Positions 56,447-64,000 of a stretch of 64,000 nucleotides of DNA are shown piece by piece. The DNA comes from a virus. The translations under genes and the position numbers were made by a program. Each line of letters begins with the position of its first letter. The stretch's first letter is position 1. The notes beneath the pieces were generated by a model, which did no database searches, had not been told where the DNA came from, and worked only from the letters and a program-made list of their open reading frames with translations. The stretch covers positions 67,938 to 131,937 of IMG/VR virus record IMGVR_UViG_3300045988_114508; one strand, given 5' to 3'.

Positions 56447-56770
56447 TCATATTATTTCCTCCTTCTTCTTTATGTTTATAGTTCTTCTATACAGTATCTC
56501 TCCGGTCGTAATATCCTGTGCGCTTACACTAATACGAACACAGTCCTTTAACCAACTCGGTCTGTGTTTAAGCAATTCTTTAGCACTCGTTCTTAATATC
56601 ATCTCTTTGGCATCTGATACCGGCATAGACCTGTTGCTTATTAGTCTACTACTTTTCGAACCTGTATAAGATATCCAATTTATCCAAATATAATGTATTG
56701 TTCTTTCCATCTTTTTTCTTTTTACGTTCCACAATAAACTGTCCCGGCTCTGCTCCGAACTACGTTCCAC
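56447..56770 (-). CDS. hypothetical protein (107 aa)
   Basis: ORF. Confidence 0.4.
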   Translation of the reverse strand: MERSSEQSRDSLLWNVKRKKMERTIHYIWINWISYTGSKSSRLISNRSMPVSDAKEMILRTSAKELLKHRPSWLKDCVRISVSAQDITTGEILYRRTINIKKKEEII

Positions 56771-56785
56771 CTACAACCGCAGGCC

Positions 56786-57064
56786 TTAGCCCAAGGCGCC
56801 GCCTACTCCCCCCTCTATGGCAGCCTGTTCGTACCTACAAAGCCAGTCTCCATCTACACAACTAACACTACGCGATAATAAACATTTATTCTTATAACAA
56901 TCATTAAAAATACACCCCTCACAACTGTAATCCTTAACTCCTTCACAGCTAACTACCTTAGCATATACTATACCATCACCGTCTTCTATTCCTTTTACCC
57001 CAAAAATAGAACCTTCTTCCTCCTTACTCAAATCTAAGTCAGGCGCAAAATCATATACGTTCAT
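56786..57064 (-). CDS. Cys-rich small protein (92 aa)
   Basis: CEGVKDYSCEGCIFNDCYKNKCLLSRSVSCVDGDWLC. Confidence 0.4.
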   Translation of the reverse strand: MNVYDFAPDLDLSKEEEGSIFGVKGIEDGDGIVYAKVVSCEGVKDYSCEGCIFNDCYKNKCLLSRSVSCVDGDWLCRYEQAAIEGGVGGALG

Positions 57065-57117
57065 GTTGTTTATATTTTAATTGTTAAACATTTCACTTAC
57101 TACCAGCCTATGGAATG

Positions 57118-57267
57118 ATGTTTTAAAACGCTATCATACTTTATTTTGTTGGAAAACCTACAGAATACTGTTTTAAAACGCTGATAGTCTTAATTTTGTT
57201 GGAAAACCTACAGAATACTGTTTTAAAACGCTGATAGTCTTAATTTTGTTGGAAAACCTACAGAATT
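57118..57267. repeat. 3 tandem direct repeats of a 50-bp unit (TGTTTTAAAACGCTGATAGTCTTAATTTTGTTGGAAAACCTACAGAATAC)
   Basis: copies start at 57118 (diverged), 57168 and 57218, period 50; immediately 5' of the minus-strand gene starting at 57064. Confidence 0.85.
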
Positions 57268-58000
57268 TTGTTGGTAGGGAGTGCCCTCCCTCTCCCCCTC
57301 TCCAACCCCGGCTAATCCTCTGTCTTTCCGCATAGAACCTGCGCTCTCGGCCTCACTACAGGCATACGGAGAGCGCTACTGAGCTATACTATGGCATGAA
57401 GTATGGGGTGTTTGGAGATAATATCATTCCATAGAGAGAATAGAAGCCTTCAGCCAACGCCCTACCGTCTGCTCCTCCTATCAAAATAGATATTTAAACC
57501 TATAATCAAAGCCAATAAAGAAAAGCAAAAGACCATTACAATATTATACTGATCCGGTCCGTACTCCAACATAGAGCGAATACCAACTGACAGAAAATAC
57601 AAGTCAGCTACTAATAAAAACCACCACATAAAATAAAAAATTTACAATAAGTATATCCGAAAATACGGGAATTACAAAACCTAACTAATTGATAATCAAG
57701 AATACCTCATTTTTAAGAAAAATACAATAAGCCTAATTTTCAATCCATAGAGACGAAAAAGGCGGCATCCGACGCCCTATTTTGGGTCAGAAAACCGCCT
57801 CCAGTTTCGTTTTATACCAATTTTAACGACATGGCATAGACAAAATACCGGCATTATATCCGAATACTCATATTTTAGTTTCATTTTAGACCAATATCGT
57901 TCACGTCCGCCGTTCACTCTCAGAATATCTTACCCATAAATAGAAAGAGTAGGATACGAAAATAGGGCTGCTCCGACATTCGGAACAACCCTACTCCTGT

Positions 58001-58207
58001 TTAAATACTGTTTATGTTTTCCTTCACGTATGTTCGTGATGTATGGACTTTGCGTTTGCATTTGTCCTTTCCCGTATCGGAATGATACGCTTCTTTGAGA
58101 TCACGATACAACATAAATTCACGATACGCTCTTTTCCTCTTTTCTTTAGCTTCTTTCCTGGACAGACCGCGAACATCTACCATGTAAGATTTAAATTTCC
58201 TTTCCAT
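58001..58207 (-). CDS. small basic protein (68 aa)
   Basis: ORF; Lys/Arg-rich. Confidence 0.4.
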   Translation of the reverse strand: MERKFKSYMVDVRGLSRKEAKEKRKRAYREFMLYRDLKEAYHSDTGKDKCKRKVHTSRTYVKENINSI

Positions 58208-58229
58208 TTTCTTTATGCTTTAATTATGA

Positions 58230-58400
58230 TTAACCCCAGCGGTTAAGTGCTTCAATATAGAAACCCTCCGCCTCTTTGTACTCACTTTCGCTTAATGTTT
58301 CCACCGTCTCGATATAGTTACGCAATGTTATTTTTACGCAACTGTTTTTAGATTTATTGAACGCTTCAATTAAAGCGTTGATCATTGCTTTCTTTTCCAT
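58230..58400 (-). CDS. small hypothetical protein (~56 aa; below the track cutoff)
   Basis: ATG at 58400 (minus); MEKKAMINALIEAFNKSKNSCVKITLRNYIETVETLSESEYKEAEGFYIEALNRWG. Confidence 0.3.
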   Translation of the reverse strand: MEKKAMINALIEAFNKSKNSCVKITLRNYIETVETLSESEYKEAEGFYIEALNRWG

Positions 58401-58423
58401 GCTATTATATTATTTATAATTTA

Positions 58424-58487
58424 GAGGTTGCTCCGGAATCGAACCGGACACGCATTCCTATCCTATAGAGATTTTATGCTACAACCA
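58424..58487 (-). other. second tRNA-like element (TCCGG-TTCGATT-CCGGA T-arm + acceptor-like pairing)
   Basis: minus strand reads TGGTTGT...GTGTCCGGTTCGATTCCGGAGCAACCT; shares the 13-nt core CCGGAATCGAACC with the element at 56246-56312; ~64 nt, no canonical cloverleaf. Confidence 0.35.
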
Positions 58488-58980
58488 ACAGCCCGTAATT
58501 AGTACGTAGTTCTTGCGTACAGGCTCGTACTATGTTGTTATTATATTTTTCGTCTGCTACACTATTTCGCCACACATAACGGCATAGTGTCCTTGCGTTT
58601 TGATATATCACGCTCCCATATGGTAGGCTACATGCTTGTACCCTGTAATTTAATCTACAGCCTTGTTCTATTTTTCGTGTAAGCAAGTAAGACACGTTTC
58701 GATCTGGAGATAAACCTCGTACAACGGCATGTTTTCCAAACTGTAATCACATACCTAACATAAATCACGCCTATTCGGGTGATTCATGCAGTAATACCAG
58801 CCCTTTAATTGCCAACGGCAAGAGCAACGGTATATCTATCTCCAATATGTAAAATAACTCTCTGCTTGTCAGCTTCAGTCTAAAGCATACGCGGGGCGTG
58901 CACCCACTGACAATGGCGTACAGGCGCGTTAAGGTACGCGCCGAACCTTTGGAGAGCTTAACGGCGCTCTCCGTGCCTTG

Positions 58981-59520
58981 TTACTGTTGTGTACTCTCGT
59001 GTGCGAGGTATTCACTTACACACTTTGCCACAGTGCGAATAGAATAAGATTTGATCTTAATAGCCACATAAGTAGCTTTGTACTCGTCGGTTTCTTTTAT
59101 TAACCATTTAGTGCTTTTTTGGGTCTCCAATGATTCAGCAGTAGCAAAGCCAAATGATTTATATTCGCTACCGTAAACAACATTCTCAGTGCACCAATCA
59201 GCCGTTTTAGCCTCGACTCCTTTCTCCTTGTCTACCTTGTTATCCTTATATACTTTAGAGTATAGAGAAAATTTAACAAAGGTATCACCCACTTTAGGCA
59301 ACATTTGGCTACACACGGCAACCAGCCGTTTTTTGTCCTTTGCGAGTGCTGCAACCTTTACAGCATATTCGGCTGGTATTTCCAACGTCTTACAAATTGC
59401 TTTCAGGTCAGCACCATTTGCAAATAAAGCATTATACAACTTTACAGCACCCACCAGGTTAGAGGCCATCTCTTTAATAACAGCGTTCTGTAGCTTGTTA
59501 ACATTTTTCTTTGTAATCAT
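58981..59520 (-). CDS. hypothetical protein (179 aa)
   Basis: ORF flanked on both sides by long non-coding regions. Confidence 0.5.
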   Translation of the reverse strand: MITKKNVNKLQNAVIKEMASNLVGAVKLYNALFANGADLKAICKTLEIPAEYAVKVAALAKDKKRLVAVCSQMLPKVGDTFVKFSLYSKVYKDNKVDKEKGVEAKTADWCTENVVYGSEYKSFGFATAESLETQKSTKWLIKETDEYKATYVAIKIKSYSIRTVAKCVSEYLAHESTQQ

Positions 59521-60006
59521 ATCAATATGTATTTATTTGTTAAACAATATCACCTCAATATATCACCTCTTTACAACGCAAAGAGGCAAAAGGTATTGCC
59601 ATACAATACACCCAACGGGAGTATATATATAGCTTCATTATGTAACACCAATATTCTCGCTTGAATACGGTGCAAATATACAACCTTTTTCGGTATTACA
59701 AATATATATACTATCTTTTTTTTGTTAACTTGTATTAATTTCGATTCTATTATCTGATTATCAGCAAGTTGCAAAACACACAAGAGCAGTACTATACGCG
59801 TACATTAATATGTAGGATATATGTTTATTTAAGTGGCTTATAATCAATATGTTATAATAATACATTGATTATCAATAATTTAAATAAACTGTTGATAATC
59901 AGCGAGTTTGTAGGTTTGAGATAAAAACGCGTTTCCGGTTTTCCAGCGAAGGGGGTGTGGGGGAGAAAACGCGTTTCGGGGGCGGGAGGTTCGTGATAGG
60001 TACCCC

Positions 60007-60150
60007 CTCTCTCCCATCACATAAACATTTTTAATCTCTCTCCCATCACATAAACATTTTTAATCTCTCTCCCATCACATAAACATTTTTAATCTCTCTC
60101 CCATCACATAAACATTTTTAATCTCTCTCCCGTAACATAAACATTTTCAC
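60007..60150. repeat. tandem direct repeats: ~4.5 copies of a 29-bp unit (CTCTCTCCCATCACATAAACATTTTTAAT), no spacers
   Basis: units begin at 60007, 60036, 60065 and 60094, with a degenerate copy at 60123. Confidence 0.9.
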
Positions 60151-60168
60151 CTTTCTTCCTCATCACAT

Positions 60169-60205
60169 AAAAAAAAGCAGGGAAGCCTATTTAGGACCTC
60201 CCTGC
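60169..60205 (-). terminator. rho-independent terminator for the minus-strand operon ending at 60237
   Basis: minus strand reads GCAGGGAGGTCCTAAATAGGCTTCCCTGC followed by T8. Confidence 0.65.
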
Positions 60206-60236
60206 TTACTACAACCAACAATATTTTAAAATTACC

Positions 60237-60629
60237 TCACTTACTTTCCCATATTAATTTATCTCGTACTTTTCCTTTCTTTACTTCTTCACACTTTCCT
60301 GCCACCCATCCAACGAGGTAGCAGAAAGGTTCTGATTTCATTACTTTTTCTCCTAAGAAATCAAATGCATTGAGAGACACATGGGCTGCCTCGTGTGAGA
60401 CTGTGTTAAAATCAATAACGTTCTTATTAATAAACCATATCAAAAATCCTGTGCAAGGATCTGATTTGCATCCTCCATATGGTACGGTTATGGTTGCGCC
60501 CATACTATTATCTATGTAACTAAAATCGTTATTGAAACACTCTACCATACCAGAAACATCTTTACCTACATATATCCACAGATTAAAGGGATAGACTTCT
60601 GGGGTAAATTGATACAGTTCGCACTTCAT
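60237..60629 (-). CDS. small HExxH-motif protein (putative zincin-like metallopeptidase domain)
   Basis: TVSHEAAHVSL contains HEAAH. Confidence 0.35.
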   Translation of the reverse strand: MKCELYQFTPEVYPFNLWIYVGKDVSGMVECFNNDFSYIDNSMGATITVPYGGCKSDPCTGFLIWFINKNVIDFNTVSHEAAHVSLNAFDFLGEKVMKSEPFCYLVGWVAGKCEEVKKGKVRDKLIWESK

Positions 60630-61582
60630 TGTGATATAAGTTTATGTTTTTCTATAAATTCCCTGAATCTGATATCCGTGACATCAAGCACAAACCCAGC
60701 AGCACCGGCATGTCCTCCACCACCGAATCTCTTACTTACCTCACAGCAATCCGCGCTGTCTTCTACGCATTCATAAAGAGAGAACCGGACTTTACCACCT
60801 GGCATGATACAAAATGGCATCAAGGCTTTAATTTTTCTACCATCTAACCAGTCTCGTGTAAGAGAATCAAATACCTTAGAACTAAATTCGGTGGTATTCA
60901 TCGCCACTACCTTCACCTCATCAACATACGCTTCGAACGAGCACGCACTTACCTCTTGTTCGTTTTTACCAGCCATGTAGTTAATTATAGCACGTCCTTC
61001 TTTAGCGAGATCATAAAAAATAAGATCAACCTCATTGTCCTTCATATTTTCTTTAAAGTGATCATACAAATACGACAATGCTATTAATACATTGAGTCTT
61101 ATTTTTGATCTCAAGGCATACTGGATAGCTACTACCGTATCCCATCCTAATTCAGAATCTTTATTCCACACATCGTAGTCTGACAGGCACCGGACGATCG
61201 CCGGCACCTTCCCCATCAGCAGGTCGGCAGCAAGTGCGCACGCACCAGTACCGACTCTCCTAAGCCCTGGAACAGTGAACCCCCATGTCTTACTATCTTC
61301 TATAATTCCCTTGTGATGATCTATCCACATCAGGCTCTTTCCTTCATCAAGCCACTTTTTGAAAACCGTTTTAGAATCGGCTCCGAAAGACACGTCAAGA
61401 ACATAAACAACATCTAAGTCACGCACTTGGTCAACAACTTTCTTAACATCATCTTCATACGAATACGGGATATAAACAACATCCTTGTTTTTACTGTGTT
61501 CATACATAGTTGCGATGGCTGCCGACACAACGCCATCTAAATCCGATTTATGATAAACTATCGCTGTTTTCTTTACTTTCAT
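60626..61582 (-). CDS. DHH-DHHA1 family phosphoesterase (NrnA-like nanoRNase / pAp phosphatase type)
   Basis: motif I YHKSDLDGVVSAA, DHH motif MWIDHHKG, DHHA1 GGGH motif FGGGGHAGAAG. Confidence 0.7.
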   Translation of the reverse strand: MKVKKTAIVYHKSDLDGVVSAAIATMYEHSKNKDVVYIPYSYEDDVKKVVDQVRDLDVVYVLDVSFGADSKTVFKKWLDEGKSLMWIDHHKGIIEDSKTWGFTVPGLRRVGTGACALAADLLMGKVPAIVRCLSDYDVWNKDSELGWDTVVAIQYALRSKIRLNVLIALSYLYDHFKENMKDNEVDLIFYDLAKEGRAIINYMAGKNEQEVSACSFEAYVDEVKVVAMNTTEFSSKVFDSLTRDWLDGRKIKALMPFCIMPGGKVRFSLYECVEDSADCCEVSKRFGGGGHAGAAGFVLDVTDIRFREFIEKHKLISQ

Positions 61583-62426
61583 GATACAAACTTGTATATT
61601 TGATACTACCGTCTTTTAATGTTTCTATTTTTATAACATCACTATATAAATTGAAATTCTGATCTTTATCAATCCTTATATTCAGCACATCATCTACGGT
61701 TGCAGTTTTTCCATCATCGGTTTCAATCTTATAAAAATCTTTTAAAGTGATTTTTATATTAAGACCAACACCATATGGATTTTCAAGGATATATATATGA
61801 TCGTTGTTGAGAATAACTATTCCTTCACTTGTATGTTCTTTGGACAATACATACTCTAAATCAAGATCTTTACCAAGAAACTGAATAACGTCCATATAGT
61901 CAACGCCGGCCTTCTCAGCGCATACCTTATCCGAATCAGAGAACTGCCCTGGAAGACCACTGGCGTCCCCGACCATCAACGAACATCCCTTAAGTTGACT
62001 AAAGTTCATACCACGCATTACCGTGTCTTTACACTTCATAAGAATATCATCAATCATGCCAGTGTTAGGCTTCCTCATCGGATCTTGTTCGTCATTTGAA
62101 TAACACAACCTTTTTTCATATAGGACGCCTCTTATGCCTCTCTTTACCGCCAGATCATGTACGGACCTCAGTACGTATTCTATCTTAGCTTCAATATCAG
62201 CTCCAGAAACAAACCCAGCTTCTACTCCTCCTTGATTGCTTACGATAGCAAATACCTTAACACCGTTCTCCTGCATGAGGTCAAGAGCCTTATTCACCAC
62301 ATCCATCTTAATCCTCATATCTGTCAAGTCTGTAGCGAACGTATTCCCAGAAGCGGTTTCTATAAGCGTCCCGTCAAAATCAAATAGCAGTATTCTTTTG
62401 TTTTTAATATCTATATCGTTCATCAT
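61548..62426 (-). CDS. HAD-IIIA-type phosphatase (GmhB/PNK-3'-phosphatase-like) with C-terminal beta-rich extension
   Basis: motif I LLFDFDGTL, motif II IVSNQGG, motif III RKPNTGM, motif IV MVGDASG; no P-loop kinase motif. Confidence 0.65.
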   Translation of the reverse strand: MMNDIDIKNKRILLFDFDGTLIETASGNTFATDLTDMRIKMDVVNKALDLMQENGVKVFAIVSNQGGVEAGFVSGADIEAKIEYVLRSVHDLAVKRGIRGVLYEKRLCYSNDEQDPMRKPNTGMIDDILMKCKDTVMRGMNFSQLKGCSLMVGDASGLPGQFSDSDKVCAEKAGVDYMDVIQFLGKDLDLEYVLSKEHTSEGIVILNNDHIYILENPYGVGLNIKITLKDFYKIETDDGKTATVDDVLNIRIDKDQNFNLYSDVIKIETLKDGSIKYTSLYHESKENSDSLS

Positions 62427-62833
62427 TTTTCACTCCTACTCTTTTTTATTACCCTAAGCTGAAGACGGAATAGATTACTGTCTTCTTTTATAATATCATA
62501 CACAGCATAAGAATTTTCTCCTATATCCCATCCAAGATAATCGAGCAGGTCTTTTAAGTAAATTCTCTTGTATTTTACACCAAGGTTATTTACCTTAAAC
62601 GATCTCTCGTCTTCAACATCAGAAGCAGCCAGATAAAAAACCGTATTTTCAACTCCTTCAAATATCTTCCCTTCTTCTAAGCCGATAACAACCGCATCCG
62701 TTACCCCCATCCAATTCAAATTATCGACAGAGATAGTCATTATCTTACTTTTGCTGATTGACAACTTCCGGATCTTGCTTTCTTTAGTTTTAGATCCTAA
62801 AAAATCCTTACTGTTAAAAAAATCTACTTTCAT
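62423..62833 (-). CDS. hypothetical protein (136 aa)
   Basis: ORF overlapping the HAD gene start. Confidence 0.45.
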   Translation of the reverse strand: MKVDFFNSKDFLGSKTKESKIRKLSISKSKIMTISVDNLNWMGVTDAVVIGLEEGKIFEGVENTVFYLAASDVEDERSFKVNNLGVKYKRIYLKDLLDYLGWDIGENSYAVYDIIKEDSNLFRLQLRVIKKSRSEK

Positions 62834-62913
62834 GGTTATAATATTTTATATTGATGTTGCAAACATACATAATAATATCAACAATACTATTTAAAAACAG
62901 TTAAAATATGATA

Positions 62914-64000
62914 TTATAATGCTGGTAATTTTTTAAACTGCTCAGGACTTACTTCGGATATGGTCCCACGGAAAGCAAGACGCGAACCGTAGGTCAAATC
63001 CTGGCTCGACGCATATTTACCAGCACCCGAATACGCCACGCCGCCATACTCATTCGAATTAAAATAGGAGCGAGCCAAAACAAGGGAATTGTCCGATGCC
63101 TGATAATAACGATCTGAATAATATTTTAAATTGCTACCGCCAACTCTTGTAGGCACCACATCAAAAAACGGACCATTTTCGGCTGCTATATTTTTTATCC
63201 AACCGCTGACAGTCCCGGCGTTCACGTTGCGAATCGAACCGTCAGGATCGGTTATTTTCCAAACTCGGTTATTTATTTCTACACCTTCAACAAATTCACA
63301 GATACCACCAAATACGCCTTCAAGTCCTAAGCCACAAACGTACTTTGAATATTCGTTTTCGGTATCCGCACCACCGGTTGCGTTGCTGCTTCCCGTTGTT
63401 GTAGCCGGATCACAGGTTGCGCCACCGGGTCCTAATACGCCTTGCAGGTTACGTGTTTTGTATTTAGCATACAACATCATAGCAATCACGCAATGTTGTT
63501 GGAAATCTATCACCTGGTATCCGGTACCACGTGCTTTTGCGTAACTTCTGAAATCAGATAATGATACGTTAGTCGTAGGAGTAACATCACTCCAGCTATA
63601 TAATCTATTCAAAGATACATATCCTTTATATGCTCCAACAAGAGATTTCGGGACATGGATGTAAGTGCCGTCAATATCATGATCAGCAAAATGATAAAGA
63701 AATCTATTATCATCCACCTTATACCATTTATACCAAAATTCTAAGAAAACGACCATCACATCACCTTCTGGTCCGGTAAGATTAGCCGGACTACCATCAA
63801 GATAGAAGTTACTGTCGTTATCATCTAATCTACATACAAAAACCTCTCCTCCTCCCATAGCGCTCTTGCAAAGAACTCTATAGAAGCCATTGGTAATCAA
63901 CCTATATAAAAAATCACTGTCTTCGCTTATTGTTATATTAGCCGGATCTGATACAGATTTATCAAAAACTATAAAATTATCAGTAGGGAGACCGCCCCCC
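62914..64000 (-). CDS. hypothetical Gly/Thr/Ser-rich protein, N-terminally truncated by the window end (>=362 aa); possible structural/fibre-like protein
   Basis: frame stays open through 64000; track start at 63900 is a TTG; GGATCDPATTTGSSNATGGADTENEY low-complexity segment. Confidence 0.5.
   Translation of the reverse strand, partial: GGGLPTDNFIVFDKSVSDPANITISEDSDFLYRLITNGFYRVLCKSAMGGGEVFVCRLDDNDSNFYLDGSPANLTGPEGDVMVVFLEFWYKWYKVDDNRFLYHFADHDIDGTYIHVPKSLVGAYKGYVSLNRLYSWSDVTPTTNVSLSDFRSYAKARGTGYQVIDFQQHCVIAMMLYAKYKTRNLQGVLGPGGATCDPATTTGSSNATGGADTENEYSKYVCGLGLEGVFGGICEFVEGVEINNRVWKITDPDGSIRNVNAGTVSGWIKNIAAENGPFFDVVPTRVGGSNLKYYSDRYYQASDNSLVLARSYFNSNEYGGVAYSGAGKYASSQDLTYGSRLAFRGTISEVSPEQFKKLPAL

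Noticed and set aside
56246-58487. Canonical tRNA genes at the two T-loop-containing loci
   Set aside because: T-arm and part of the acceptor stem fit. However, the elements are only ~64-67 nt, no D-arm or anticodon stem-loop can be folded, and the acceptor ends carry mismatches. They are reported as tRNA-like fragments pending tRNAscan-SE/ARAGORN.
56246-58487. attP with integrase (temperate lifestyle)
   Set aside because: No tyrosine or serine recombinase motif (R..H..R..Y or serine-recombinase N-domain) was recognisable in any ORF of the window, so an integration module cannot be supported here.
58474-58695. 73-aa minus-strand ORF
   Set aside because: Overlaps the second tRNA-like element and lies within the GC-rich hairpin-dense block. 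Codon usage is atypical (Arg/Cys/Tyr-rich), so it is probably non-coding.
60007-60150. Possible CRISPR array (regular 29-bp repeats)
   Set aside because: Repeats are directly tandem with no intervening unique spacers. The 50-bp array at 57118-57267 is likewise spacer-free. No cas genes are adjacent; the only Cas4-like protein is 26 kb away inside a replication module.

Overview
This 64-kb window looks like part of a tailed dsDNA phage genome from a Bacteroidetes host. Four plus-strand genes sit 18-51 nt downstream of Bacteroides-type TAnnTTTG -7 promoter boxes. The sequence is AT-rich with almost no non-coding DNA. A crAss-like phage is plausible but unproven.

Layout. Positions 19-21673 form a plus-strand block dominated by three very large ORFs: a 5'-truncated ORF of at least 1415 aa, one of about 753 aa, and one of 2148 aa. 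Interleaved with these are four small paralogous genes whose products all begin MRRR(F/Y). The block also holds an accessory islet at 8.3-13.8 kb containing a T5orf172/GIY-YIG-like protein, a glycine-rich membrane protein, a Tad2-like DUF2829 domain protein and Zn-ribbon proteins.

The plus block converges at about 21.7 kb on a roughly 42-kb minus-strand array of about 80 tightly packed, often overlapping genes. Recognisable products in that array are:
- orphan C5-cytosine DNA methyltransferase
- DEAH-type SF2 helicase
- two PD-(D/E)XK nucleases, one Cas4-like with an Fe-S Cys cluster
- DnaB-family helicase and DnaG-type Toprim/Zn-finger primase
- HNH/NinG-like Zn-finger protein and a KilA-N-like protein
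- small ABC/AAA_21-type ATPase
- DHH-DHHA1 phosphoesterase, HAD-IIIA phosphatase and a small HExxH protein

Most unusual. A flotillin-like SPFH protein, an NfeD-like membrane protein and an acyl-carrier-protein-like gene form one operon inside the replication module. A 3-kb gene-poor stretch (57.0-60.2 kb) contains two tRNA-like T-arm/acceptor fragments, 50-bp and 29-bp tandem direct repeats, palindromes and GC-rich hairpin-dense segments. It may be an origin, a terminus or a regulatory/ncRNA region.

No canonical tRNA, CRISPR array, integrase, DNA polymerase or capsid/terminase gene could be supported from the sequence. All functional calls come from motif reading and need HMM or structure searches to confirm.
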